A stretch of 64,000 nucleotides of DNA from Longimicrobiales bacterium. Its GTDB lineage: Bacteria; Gemmatimonadota; Gemmatimonadetes; Longimicrobiales; Gaopeijiaceae. The stretch is from contig CBDBCF010000001.1 of NCBI GenBank assembly GCA_965202985.1, positions 2,112,001 to 2,176,000 of the forward strand, written 5' to 3'. Positions 1 to 9,373 of the stretch are shown here, in pieces. Numbering within the stretch: position 1 is the first letter of the stretch; every line of letters starts with the position of its first letter. The notes beneath the pieces were generated by a model. The model saw nothing but the letters and a program-made list of their open reading frames with translations. It was not told the origin of the DNA and ran no database searches. The position numbers and the translations under genes are program-made.

Positions 1-2
1 CG

Positions 3-272
3 CAGGGGTGGTGGACCCTGGCCGTGTTCGCGGAAGCCATGAGACAGGTGCTGGCGTCGGGCGAAGAGCTGTCGGGACCCGCCGTCAAGGAGGCCCTGGA
101 GTCGTTCCGGGACTTCGACATGGGCGGTGCGACCGTGCCCCTGACGTTCACGCCCGACGACCATCGGGGCGCCAAGGGCTTGCGCATGTTCCGCGTGGAG
201 GACGGCATGTGGGCGCCCTTCACCGAGTTCTTGCAAGCGCCCTCGTGGACGCCCGAAGCGCCCGCCCCTTGA
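3..272 (+). CDS. branched-chain amino acid-type ABC transporter substrate-binding protein, C-terminal part (5' truncated by window)
   Basis: Open frame from the window edge; VKEALESFRDFDMGG..PLTFTPDDHRG is typical of LivJ-like binding-protein C-termini; stop overlaps the start of a LivF-like gene. Confidence 0.75.
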   Translation, partial: QGWWTLAVFAEAMRQVLASGEELSGPAVKEALESFRDFDMGGATVPLTFTPDDHRGAKGLRMFRVEDGMWAPFTEFLQAPSWTPEAPAP

Positions 273-1114
273 ACGCCGGCGCGCCGCACGCCATCCGGTC
301 GCCCCCGCCCGCCCCGCCCCTGTTGCAGATCAACAACGTCGAGGTCCGCTACGACGACGTGATCCTGGTGCTGCGAGGACTCTCGCTGGAGGTGGCCCGC
401 GGGGGGATTGCGGCGCTCCTGGGGTCCAACGGGGCCGGCAAGACCACGACCCTTCGCGCGATTTCGGGCCTGCTCGACATGGAGGACGGCAGGGTCGCGG
501 ATGGTTCCATCGTCTTCGACGGCGAGGAGATCCACGAAATGGCGGCTCACCGGATCGTGGAGAAGGGCGTATTCCAGGTGCTGGAAGGGCGGCGCGTATT
601 CGAACATCTGACGGTGCGCGAGAACCTGTTGGCGGGGGCGTACACGCGCCGAGGCCGGGGCGTCGCCGTGGAGGCGGAGCTGGAACGGGTGTTCGCGTAC
701 TTTCCGCGCTTGGCGGAGCGGCGGCGCCAGACCGCGGGCCACTTGTCGGGCGGCGAGCAGCAGATGCTGGCGCTGGGCCGGGCGCTGATGGCGCGGCCTC
801 GCATGATGCTGCTGGACGAGCCTTCCCTGGGGCTGGCGCCGATACTGGTGGAGAGCATCTTCGAGATCGTCGAGCGCATCAACCGCGAAGAGGGCGTCGC
901 GATCCTGCTGGTGGAGCAGAACGCCCGCCTGGCGCTGTCGGTCGCGGACTACGGCTACGTCATGGAGGGCGGCCGCGTGGTGCTGGAGGGCGACGCCGCC
1001 GAGCTTCGCGCCAACGAGGACGTGAAGGAGTTCTACCTGGGACTAGGCGATTCGGGCCGGCGCTCGTACCGCGACGTAAAGCACTATCGGCGTCGGAAGC
1101 GCTGGTTGTCGTGA
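269..1114 (+). CDS. livF: ABC transporter ATP-binding protein (LivF-like)
   Basis: Walker A GSNGAGKTT, signature LSGGEQQM, Walker B LLDEPSLGLAP; start placed at TTG 269 overlapping the upstream TGA (start uncertain). Confidence 0.9.
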   Translation: MNAGAPHAIRSPPPAPPLLQINNVEVRYDDVILVLRGLSLEVARGGIAALLGSNGAGKTTTLRAISGLLDMEDGRVADGSIVFDGEEIHEMAAHRIVEKGVFQVLEGRRVFEHLTVRENLLAGAYTRRGRGVAVEAELERVFAYFPRLAERRRQTAGHLSGGEQQMLALGRALMARPRMMLLDEPSLGLAPILVESIFEIVERINREEGVAILLVEQNARLALSVADYGYVMEGGRVVLEGDAAELRANEDVKEFYLGLGDSGRRSYRDVKHYRRRKRWLS

Positions 1115-2340
1115 CCGGCGGGGCGCCCAAGGAATGGGCCGCGCGGCAGGACCGGCTGGCCGCCCGAGCAGTGGCCTACGGGGCGCAGCACAGCGCCGAG
1201 ATCCGGTTGCGACTGGAACGGGCGGGGGTCGTGCCGGAAGAGGTGGCGAGCGTCGGCGGGCTGGCGCGGGTCCCCGTGTTGCACAAGGACGACGTGCCGG
1301 GCCTGCAAGCGAGCGATCCGCCGTTCGGGGGGATGCTTGCCGTGCCGGTGGGGTCGCTCCGTCGGGTCTACCGCTCGCCGGGGCCGATCCTGGACCCGGA
1401 AGGCGAGGATCCCGACTTCTGGCGGGTGGGGCCGGCGGCGCGGGCGGCCGGCTTTCGCCCGGGCGACGTCGTGCTGAACAGCCTGTCGTACCACTTGACC
1501 CCCGGCGGCATGATGCTGGACGGCGGCCTCCGCGCCCTGGGGTGCGTGGTCGCGCCCGGCGGCTCGGGCGACGCGGCGGCGCAAGCGGAGATCGCCCGCG
1601 CGACCGGGGCGGCCGGCTACGTGGGCACGCCCCAGTTCCTGCTCGCGTTGCTGGAATGCGCCCGGACCGGCGGCGCACCTCTGAAGTTGCAACGGGCATT
1701 GGTGACGGGCGCGCCGTTGCCGCCTTCGTTGCGCGCACAGCTCCAAGACGCTTTCGACGTGGACGTCTACCAGTTCTACGGGACCGCGGACGCCGGCGCC
1801 TTGGGCTACGAGTGCGAAGCCAAGGACGGCTGGCACGTGGCCACGGAGGTAGTGCTGGAAATCCTGTCGCCCGCCGACGGCCAGCCTGCCGCGGACGGCG
1901 AGCCCGGCGAAGTCGTGGTCACCAGTCCCAACAGGGTTTATCCGCTCGTCCGGTTCGGCACGGGCGATCTGTCGGCCTGGAACCGCGCGCCCTGCACGTG
2001 CGACCGGACGAGCCCGCGCCTGACCGGCTTTCTGGGCCGAACGGGCGAAGGCGTCAAGGTGCGGGGCATGTTCGTGCACCCCCGCGAGCTGGCGGCGGCG
2101 CTGGCGGTGGCACCCGGCGTGGCGCGCTGGCAAGCGGTCGTGAGCGAGCGCAACAACCGAGACGAGTTCGTGGTGCGCGTGGAGGGGCAGGGGACCGCCT
2201 TGGCGCCCGCAGCACTGGCACGTCGCATCCGGGAAGCGGCAAGGGTGCGGGCCGAAGTGGAGTTCGTGGCGCCGGGAACGCTGCCCCAGGACGGCCCCCG
2301 AATCGTGGACCGCCGAGCCCCCGGCGCCCGGCCCCGCTGA
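1111..2340 (+). CDS. phenylacetate-CoA ligase family (AMP-binding) protein
   Basis: YVGTPQFL, YGTADAG, RFGTGDLS, GRTGEGVKVRGMFVHP motifs; GTGA overlap with livF. Confidence 0.85.
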   Translation: MTGGAPKEWAARQDRLAARAVAYGAQHSAEIRLRLERAGVVPEEVASVGGLARVPVLHKDDVPGLQASDPPFGGMLAVPVGSLRRVYRSPGPILDPEGEDPDFWRVGPAARAAGFRPGDVVLNSLSYHLTPGGMMLDGGLRALGCVVAPGGSGDAAAQAEIARATGAAGYVGTPQFLLALLECARTGGAPLKLQRALVTGAPLPPSLRAQLQDAFDVDVYQFYGTADAGALGYECEAKDGWHVATEVVLEILSPADGQPAADGEPGEVVVTSPNRVYPLVRFGTGDLSAWNRAPCTCDRTSPRLTGFLGRTGEGVKVRGMFVHPRELAAALAVAPGVARWQAVVSERNNRDEFVVRVEGQGTALAPAALARRIREAARVRAEVEFVAPGTLPQDGPRIVDRRAPGARPR

Positions 2341-2356
2341 ACGTGCCAACGTCGGG

Positions 2357-5300
2357 TCAATTGAAGAACCGCCCCCGACCCACATAAGGTTTGCCGACAG
2401 CGCGCGGTTCGGCGGCCGCGGCAGCGCCGTCCGGGGCGCGTTCGGTCTCCAGGGCGTCTAGCCATCCGTTCAGCGCTTGCACCTGCTCCGCGATCACGTG
2501 GATCACGCCGTCCTCGGCCTGGACCTTGCCGCGGCAGATCATGAGTCGCGCCGTCAGCAGGTCGCGGCGGCAACGCTCCTGCACCGTCGGGAAAACGACA
2601 AGGTTGGCGATCCCGGTCTCGTCCTCCAAAGTTGCGAACACGACCTCGCGCGCAGTGCCCGGACGCTGTCGCACAAGCACGAGCCCCGCCACGGCGACGC
2701 GGGCGCCGTCTCGCATCTTTGCCAACTCCGCCGCAGGACGTGCGCCCCGCCGCGCCAAGCGCTCCCGCAGAAACGCCACCGGGTGCCGCTTCAACGACAA
2801 GCCCGTCGTACGGTAGTCGGCGACCACGTGCTGCCCCTGGGACATGGCGGGCAGTGCGGGCTCGACTTCTTGACGGACCGCGACGCCGTCGAACAACGGC
2901 AGCGGCTCCGAGTCGCCCAAACCCCCGGCTGCCCAAGCGGCTTGGCGGCGGTCCAATCCCATGGAGCCGAAGGCGTCGGCGTTGGCCAAGCGCACAAGCG
3001 TTGCGCGCGGAATCCCCGACCTCCTCCACAGGTCTTCGGGCGACACGAAGGCTTCCCCAGGCGCCTCTCCCCGCGCCTTCACGAGAAGCGCGGCCTCTTC
3101 GGCGCGCAGGCCCCGGACTTGGCGCAACCCCAGCCTCAGCGCGAGCCGCCCGTCGCTCGCCGCGCCCAGCGTGCAGTCCCAGTCCGAGTGGTTCACGTCA
3201 GCGGGGCGCACATCCACGCCGTGGTCACGGGCGTCGCGAACGATCTGGGCGGGCGGGTAGAAGCCCATCGGCTGGCTGTTCAGAAGCGCGCAAGCGAAGA
3301 CGGCGGGATGATGGTGCTTGATCCAGGAGGACACGTAGGCCAGCAAGGCAAAGCTGGCGGCGTGGCTTTCGGGAAAGCCGTAGTCGCCGAAGCCTTCGAT
3401 CTGCCGGAAGCACCGTTCGGCGAAATCGCGGTCGTAGCCCCGTCCGGTCATGCCCTCCACGAACTTGTCCCGAAAGCGGTGAATGGTGCCGTAGTTGCGG
3501 AAGCTGGCCATGGCGCGGCGCAGCTGGTCGGCCTCCGCGGGAGTGAAGCCGGCGGCCACGATGGCGATCTTCATGGCCTGTTCTTGGAACAAGGGCACGC
3601 CCAAGGTCTTCTCCAGAACCTTGCGCAGCTCCTCGGACGGGTACGCGACCGGCTCCAGTCCTTTGCGTCTGCGCAAGTACGGATGCACCATGTCGCCTTG
3701 AATGGGACCCGGGCGCACGATCGCCACTTCGATCACCAAGTCGTAGAATGTCTTGGGCCCGAGCCTGGGCAGCATCGCCATCTGAGCCCGGCTCTCGATC
3801 TGAAAGACGCCCACCGTGTCGGCGCGCTGGATCATCTTGTACACCGCCGGGTCTTCCTGCGGCACGCTGGCCAAGGTATGGCGCGCCCCGCAGTGCGTTT
3901 CCAACAGATCGAACGCCCGCCTCATGCACGACAACATGCCGAGCCCCAGCACGTCCACCTTGACCAAGCCCAGCGCCTCCAAGTCGTCCTTGTTCCATTC
4001 GATCACCGTGCGATCCGCCATCGCCGCGTTCTGGATGGGAACGATTTCGCACAAGGGCCCACGCGAGATCACGAACCCTCCCACGTGCTGCGACAGGTGA
4101 CGCGGGAACCCGCACAGCTCCCGCGACAGCTCCAACGCCAGCGCCAGGCGCCGGTCCGACGGATCGAACCCCTCTTCGCGGGCTTGCGCTTCGCCCGCCG
4201 GTCCGGACCACCACGAAACCGTGGACAAGAGCCGGTCGATCACGTCCTTGCTCAGCCCCATGGCCTTGCCCACGTCCCGCAGCGCGCTACGGGGTCGATA
4301 CGACACCACCGTGGCCGCCAGCCCGGCGCGCTCGCGCCCGTACTTCCGGTAGATGTACTGGATGATCTCTTCTCGGCGCTCGTGCTCGAAGTCCACGTCG
4401 ATGTCGGGCACTTCGTCGCGTTCGGCGGAGATGAAGCGCTCGAAGAGTAGGTCGATGCGGACCGGGTCCACGGCGGTGATGCCCAGGCAGTAGCACACGG
4501 CCGAGTTGGCCGCCGAGCCCCGCCCTTGGCACAGGATGCCCATGTCGCGGGCGGTCCGCACGATGTCGTCCACGGTCAGGAAGTACGGCGCGTACTCCAG
4601 CCTGCCGATCAGCGCCAGCTCGTGCTCCAGAGCCGCGCGCACCTTGGGCGGCACGCCTTCGGGATAACGACGCTCGGCGCCGCGCCACGTCAGGGCTTCC
4701 AGGGTTTCCTGGGGCGTGCGGCCGTCGCCGGCGACTTCGGCGGGGTACTCGTAGCGCAGTTCGTCCAGGGAGAAGCGACAGCGGTCGGCGATCTCCAAGG
4801 CGTTGCACAGGGCTTCCGGGTGGTTGCGGAAGAGCCGTGCTGTCTCCGCCGGCGCTTTGAGGTGGCGGTCCGCGCTGGGGGCCAAGCGCCAGCCGGCGTT
4901 GCGAACGGTGCAGCGCTCGCGCACGCAGGTCAGCACGTCGTGTAGGCGACGGCGGTCGGGGTCGTGCATCTCCACGTCTCCCGTGGCGACCAGGGGCACG
5001 CCGCTCGCCTTCGACAACGCGGCCAAGCGGGCCAGCCGGCGGTCGTCGTCGCCCCGGCGGTAGTGGGAGGCCGCCAAGTAAAGGGGCGCGTCGGGCCGCT
5101 CTTCCAGTCGGTCCCGGTACCATGCCAGCTGTTTGCCGAAGTCGGCGCCGGGAGGCAGCACCTGGGGCGCCACGACGACGAAGACTTGTGCACCGGCGGC
5201 CCGAATCACGTCTTGGCGGCGCAGGTGGCAGGCTCCCTTGGGCGCGCGCCGTCGTCCCGTGGTGATCAAGCGCGCCAAGCGACCGTAGCCGGCGCGATCC

Positions 5301-5566
5301 ACGGGCAGGCACAACAGGCTGGGGCCGTCCAGCAGGTCCAGGCGCGCGCCGGGGACAAGACGCAGTCCCGCCTGCTCGGCGGTCTCCTGCTTGGCGGCCC
5401 GGTGCGCCCGAACGACTCCGGCCAAGGTGTTGCGGTCGGTTAGGGCCATGGCCCGGTAGCCCAGCGCGGCGGCCCGCTCCACCAGCTCTTCCGGGTGGGA
5501 AGCGCCCCTCAGGAACGAAAAGTTGCTGGTGACTTGAAGTTCGGCGTAGGCCGGGACGCCGCTCAT
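2357..5566 (-). CDS. dnaE2: error-prone DNA polymerase III alpha subunit (DnaE2/ImuC)
   Basis: YAELQVTSNFSFLRGASHPEEL, GRGSAANS, PDIDVDFEHERREE, FPRHLSQHVGG, YGFPESHAASFA; start at MSGVPAY (ATG 5566) overlapping the imuB stop. Confidence 0.95.
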   Translation of the reverse strand: MSGVPAYAELQVTSNFSFLRGASHPEELVERAAALGYRAMALTDRNTLAGVVRAHRAAKQETAEQAGLRLVPGARLDLLDGPSLLCLPVDRAGYGRLARLITTGRRRAPKGACHLRRQDVIRAAGAQVFVVVAPQVLPPGADFGKQLAWYRDRLEERPDAPLYLAASHYRRGDDDRRLARLAALSKASGVPLVATGDVEMHDPDRRRLHDVLTCVRERCTVRNAGWRLAPSADRHLKAPAETARLFRNHPEALCNALEIADRCRFSLDELRYEYPAEVAGDGRTPQETLEALTWRGAERRYPEGVPPKVRAALEHELALIGRLEYAPYFLTVDDIVRTARDMGILCQGRGSAANSAVCYCLGITAVDPVRIDLLFERFISAERDEVPDIDVDFEHERREEIIQYIYRKYGRERAGLAATVVSYRPRSALRDVGKAMGLSKDVIDRLLSTVSWWSGPAGEAQAREEGFDPSDRRLALALELSRELCGFPRHLSQHVGGFVISRGPLCEIVPIQNAAMADRTVIEWNKDDLEALGLVKVDVLGLGMLSCMRRAFDLLETHCGARHTLASVPQEDPAVYKMIQRADTVGVFQIESRAQMAMLPRLGPKTFYDLVIEVAIVRPGPIQGDMVHPYLRRRKGLEPVAYPSEELRKVLEKTLGVPLFQEQAMKIAIVAAGFTPAEADQLRRAMASFRNYGTIHRFRDKFVEGMTGRGYDRDFAERCFRQIEGFGDYGFPESHAASFALLAYVSSWIKHHHPAVFACALLNSQPMGFYPPAQIVRDARDHGVDVRPADVNHSDWDCTLGAASDGRLALRLGLRQVRGLRAEEAALLVKARGEAPGEAFVSPEDLWRRSGIPRATLVRLANADAFGSMGLDRRQAAWAAGGLGDSEPLPLFDGVAVRQEVEPALPAMSQGQHVVADYRTTGLSLKRHPVAFLRERLARRGARPAAELAKMRDGARVAVAGLVLVRQRPGTAREVVFATLEDETGIANLVVFPTVQERCRRDLLTARLMICRGKVQAEDGVIHVIAEQVQALNGWLDALETERAPDGAAAAAEPRAVGKPYVGRGRFFN

Positions 5567-7179
5567 CCGAACAACCCGTGAAGGAACCACCGCGCCCGCT
5601 CTTCTCGGTACAGCCAATAGCGCCGGCCTTCGTCGTCTTCGGCCCAGTAGTAGTCGCGGGGCAGGGCGTCTTCGCGCCACCACTCGCACTCCAGACGTTC
5701 GGGACCGGCGACGGCGCGGACCCGACAGGCCTGCCTCCTTCGGACGAAGAAGACCGGCAGCCCGCGCGGCTCGTCGACGCGCACATCCACCGGCTCCGGG
5801 GGCGACAACAGGCGCAACGGGCGGCGGCCCTCGGGCCAGCACGTCGCGGAGACAGCAGGCGACGACAAGGGCCCCTTGCCCACCGCCCTCTCGGGCAACC
5901 AACTCTGCCGGGGCCAAGGACGCACAATGCAACCGAAGCCGAACCGGTTCCCGATCCGATCCAGAAGGCCCGTCAAGCCCTTGGCGTCCGCCAAATCCGG
6001 CGCGCCTGCCCAATCCGACGCCGCGTCCGCGCAACCCGGCGTCGTGCCTCGGTCGGCCGTCGCCGCATCCGCGTAGCCCGCGACCATGCCCGCTCCTCCG
6101 ATCCAGCCCGTTTGCACGGTCTCCACGGCTTCGACCACCTCGGCTCGCAGCACCATCTCCTCGATGCCGAAGCCGGGTCGGACCTGGGCCAGCTTTTCGG
6201 CAAAAAGGGGCGCCAACGCTTCCTTTCGGCGACGGGGGCGACTGGCGCCGACGACAAGCGACTGGCGAGTTCCGTCCACCCCGCGGCAGATCAAGCGCAA
6301 CCGTCGGACACCCTCTTCGGTGCGGCGCAACGTTCGGCACAAGCTGGCCAGAAGCTCGTCCACGGCGGCCCGGACGTCGCCGGCCCTGGCTATCGGCTCG
6401 GCAAAGGCCCGGCAAGCTTCCAGGGGTGCCGGAGGCCGAAGAGGCGCAAGGGGCTCTTCAAGGCGCCCCAACGCTTGCGCCAGCCTTCGGGACGGCCCGG
6501 AACCGAAGCGCGCGTCCAGTTTGACGGATTCCATGTCGAACAGTGCACGAATTCTGTCCAGGCCGAACGACGAAAGGGCTTCCGCCACGCCGGGCTCCAA
6601 CCGCAGGGCGGCCACCGGCAGCTCCGCCAGGGCATCCTTGGTTCCGTCGGGGCCGGCGACGGGCGGGAGTGCGGTCGTCGCGCCGCCGCCGTTGCTGCCG
6701 TAGTGCGACAGCGCCCAGGCCGCTCCCGGCGTTCCGGCCAGGGCCGTCCTCGAAGCCAAGCCGAAGCCGTTCAGTTCCTTATGCACTTTCGTTGCCAGGG
6801 CTTCTTCGCCTCCGAAGAGGTGCGCGCAGCCTCCCACGTCCAGAAACAGGGTGTCGGGCGGGGACAGGGCGACCCGAGGCGTGAAGCGAAAAGCCCAGCG
6901 GCCCAGCGATTCGAGCGCCCGGAGATCGCCCGCGGGGTCGGCAGGGGCCGCGACCACGTTGGGTTCGACGGCCCTGGCGTCGGCCAAGGGCATCCCGGGC
7001 GACAGTCCTGCCCTGCGCGCCCGAAGGTTGGTTGCGTCCACGACCATTCGGCCCCGGACCTCCGAAACCGTGACGAAGGGGCGCTCCCGCGCTTCGGGAC
7101 GGCGCCGGGTCAGCCGTTCGGTGGCCCACCACGGCAGCCACACGGCCAAGATGCGCCGAGAGAGCGAGCGCAGGGTCAC
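5563..7179 (-). CDS. imuB: Y-family polymerase-like accessory protein ImuB
   Basis: GMPLADARA, RFTPRV..LFLDVGGCAHLFGGE, C-terminal GPERLECEWW..RDYY..WLY..WFLHGLFG; lies between imuA and dnaE2; GTG start overlaps the imuA TGA. Confidence 0.9.
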   Translation of the reverse strand: MTLRSLSRRILAVWLPWWATERLTRRRPEARERPFVTVSEVRGRMVVDATNLRARRAGLSPGMPLADARAVEPNVVAAPADPAGDLRALESLGRWAFRFTPRVALSPPDTLFLDVGGCAHLFGGEEALATKVHKELNGFGLASRTALAGTPGAAWALSHYGSNGGGATTALPPVAGPDGTKDALAELPVAALRLEPGVAEALSSFGLDRIRALFDMESVKLDARFGSGPSRRLAQALGRLEEPLAPLRPPAPLEACRAFAEPIARAGDVRAAVDELLASLCRTLRRTEEGVRRLRLICRGVDGTRQSLVVGASRPRRRKEALAPLFAEKLAQVRPGFGIEEMVLRAEVVEAVETVQTGWIGGAGMVAGYADAATADRGTTPGCADAASDWAGAPDLADAKGLTGLLDRIGNRFGFGCIVRPWPRQSWLPERAVGKGPLSSPAVSATCWPEGRRPLRLLSPPEPVDVRVDEPRGLPVFFVRRRQACRVRAVAGPERLECEWWREDALPRDYYWAEDDEGRRYWLYREERARWFLHGLFG

Positions 7180-7862
7180 GGGCCAGCCCCGCACCAAGCT
7201 TGCGCGGCGTCGTTTCGTGTTGCGTCGCCCACGAGGCCCGGCGGTCGCCACGCCACGACCCGCTCCAGCGCTCGCCCGCCCCGGCAACGCAATAGCTGGA
7301 CGCGCCACGCTTCCCGGTCCGGCCCCCGACCCGGCGCCGCCGTGATCCGCCATCGGCTGGCCGCCGTGGGAACGCCCGCCCTCCCGACCCCCGTTCCCGG
7401 CGTCAGCACCAAGCCCACCACGTCCGATCCTTCGGCGGCGAGCATCAAGCGACGCGACGCCGCCAGTCCCAGAGGGGCGCTCTCGGCCACCACCCCCTTC
7501 ACCGCCCGACAGCGCAACGCCTCTTCCATGACCCAAGCAACGTCCCCCGGTCGCCGAAGCCCCGCGACCACCACCAGCCGCCCTGCCTCGATCCCGTAGC
7601 GGACCAAGCCCGGTGCGTGCAGGTCTCCGTGCTGGGCCAGCCACAGCAGCGCACCCCCGCGCGCCCCCGCCCGGCCCAGGACGGCGGCGCAGAACCCCGT
7701 CGCGGCCTCGTTTCCGCCCACCTCGTGAACGCACCCTCGCCGCAACCCGCCGCCGGGAAGCGCACCGTCGATCTCGGGAAGGCCCAAGGGCAGGCAGGGT
7801 TGCCCGGCGCACCCCGCCCCATCGATCTGCCCGATCTTCCGACGCAACGCAGCAACAGACAT
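7176..7862 (-). CDS. imuA: ImuA family RecA-like mutagenesis protein
   Basis: LGLPEIDGALPGGGLRRGCVHE, WVMEEALRC, ASRRLMLAAE, W.VQLLRCRGG; first gene of the cassette. Confidence 0.88.
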   Translation of the reverse strand: MSVAALRRKIGQIDGAGCAGQPCLPLGLPEIDGALPGGGLRRGCVHEVGGNEAATGFCAAVLGRAGARGGALLWLAQHGDLHAPGLVRYGIEAGRLVVVAGLRRPGDVAWVMEEALRCRAVKGVVAESAPLGLAASRRLMLAAEGSDVVGLVLTPGTGVGRAGVPTAASRWRITAAPGRGPDREAWRVQLLRCRGGRALERVVAWRPPGLVGDATRNDAAQAWCGAGP

Positions 7863-7871
7863 GGGATGACA

Positions 7872-7901
7872 AGAATACCGAATAAAAACCGTATTCGTCA
7901 A
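7872..7901 (-). promoter_or_regulatory. putative sigma70-like imuA promoter with overlapping inverted repeat (candidate SOS operator)
   Basis: Minus strand TTGACG-N18-TATTCT ending 9 nt before the ATG; inverted repeat GAATAC-N12-GTATTC at 7873-7896. Confidence 0.55.
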
Positions 7902-7969
7902 ATCGGACTATGCTGGGAGCCGACGGGGACCGCTGGCGGCGGCAACGTCCGCACCGCATCCTTGAAGGC

Positions 7970-9346
7970 GTGCCGACCCTTCCCGCCCCCCTCCACGATG
8001 CGCTTGCCGCCCGCTTCGGCAGCCGATACTCGACCGCCGCGGCGGTTAGGGAGCACCACGGCAAGGACGATTCCCATCATCCCGTGGTCCCGCCCGCCGC
8101 CGTCGTCTTTGCGGGGTCCACCGAAGACGTGGCGTTCGCGACGGCGTCCTGCGCCCGTCACGGCGTGCCCGTGATCCCCTTCGGCGCCGGCACTTCGATC
8201 GAGGGCCACGTGCAGGCGGTGCAGGGCGGCGTCAGCATCGATCTGACCGGGATGAACCAAGTGCTGGCGGTTCGGCCCGACGACATGGACGCCACCGTCG
8301 AGGCTGGCGTGACCCGCCGCCAGTTGGCGCGCGAGCTGAAGGGCACGGGCACGTTCTTCCCCGTGGACCCGGGCGCCGACGCCACCTTGGGAGGCATGGC
8401 GGCCACCGGCGCTTCGGGCACCACGACGGTTCGCTACGGCGCCATGCGGGACAACGTGATCTCGCTCGCGGCCGTGCTCGCCGACGGCTCCGTGCTGCGG
8501 ACGGCCGGCCGAGCCCGCAAGTCGTCGGCCGGATACGACTTGACCCGCCTGTTCGTGGGCTCGGAGGGCACGTTGGGCGTGATCACGGAGCTCGTGGTGC
8601 GCCTGCATCCGGTACCCGAGGCCGTGGCCGCCGCCGTGTGCGCGTTCCCGGACTTGGGCGCGGCGGTGGCGTCGGTGGTGCAGGCGGTTCAGGCGGGAGT
8701 TCCCGTGGCACGGGCCGAGCTGCTGGACGCGACGGCGATGAAGGCGGTCCGCCGGTACTCGGGGCTGTTCTACGCCGAAGCGCCGACCGTCTTCTTCGAG
8801 TTCCACGGGTCCGAAGCCGAAGTGAGCGACCAGGGGACCGCCATGGAGGAGCTGTGCCGCGAAGTGGGCGGATCGGCCTTCGAATACGCCCGCCGACAGG
8901 AAGAGCGGAACCGGCTATGGAAGGCGCGCCACGACGCCTATCCGGCACTGTTGGCGTTGCGTCCGGGCAGCCGGGGATTGACCACCGACGTGTGCGTGCC
9001 CCTGTCCAAGCTGGCCCAGTGCATGACCGAGAGCTGCGAGGACTTGAAGGCGGCCACCGTGCCTTGGGGCATCGTGGGTCACGTGGGCGACGGCAACTTC
9101 CACGTGGCGTTCGCGATCGACCCGGCGCGACCGGAGGAGCGGGCCGAGGCCGAGGCGGCCAACGAGCGCATGATCGAACGCGCCCTGGCGCTGGAAGGCA
9201 CCTGCACGGGCGAACACGGCGTCGGGCTGGGCAAGCGACGCTTTCTGGAGGCCGAGTTCGGCGTTGCCGGGGTGGCCGCCATGCGCGCCGTCAAGAAGGC
9301 GCTGGATCCGGACGGCGTCATGAACCCGGGGAAAATGTTGCCGTAG
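7970..9346 (+). CDS. FAD-binding oxidoreductase, D-lactate dehydrogenase/GlcD family
   Basis: PFGAGTSIEGH, GGMAATGASG, GSEGTLG, GHVGDGNFH, GEHGVGLGK, DPDGVMNPGK; start GTG 7970 (alternative ATG 7910). Confidence 0.9.
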   Translation: MPTLPAPLHDALAARFGSRYSTAAAVREHHGKDDSHHPVVPPAAVVFAGSTEDVAFATASCARHGVPVIPFGAGTSIEGHVQAVQGGVSIDLTGMNQVLAVRPDDMDATVEAGVTRRQLARELKGTGTFFPVDPGADATLGGMAATGASGTTTVRYGAMRDNVISLAAVLADGSVLRTAGRARKSSAGYDLTRLFVGSEGTLGVITELVVRLHPVPEAVAAAVCAFPDLGAAVASVVQAVQAGVPVARAELLDATAMKAVRRYSGLFYAEAPTVFFEFHGSEAEVSDQGTAMEELCREVGGSAFEYARRQEERNRLWKARHDAYPALLALRPGSRGLTTDVCVPLSKLAQCMTESCEDLKAATVPWGIVGHVGDGNFHVAFAIDPARPEERAEAEAANERMIERALALEGTCTGEHGVGLGKRRFLEAEFGVAGVAAMRAVKKALDPDGVMNPGKMLP

Positions 9347-9373
9347 GTGCGCGGCTTGGTGCGGCGGCGGACG

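Noticed and set aside
5567..6415. N-terminal extension of DnaE2 in the ORF track
   Set aside because: Overlaps imuB in another frame; family similarity begins at MSGVPAYAEL
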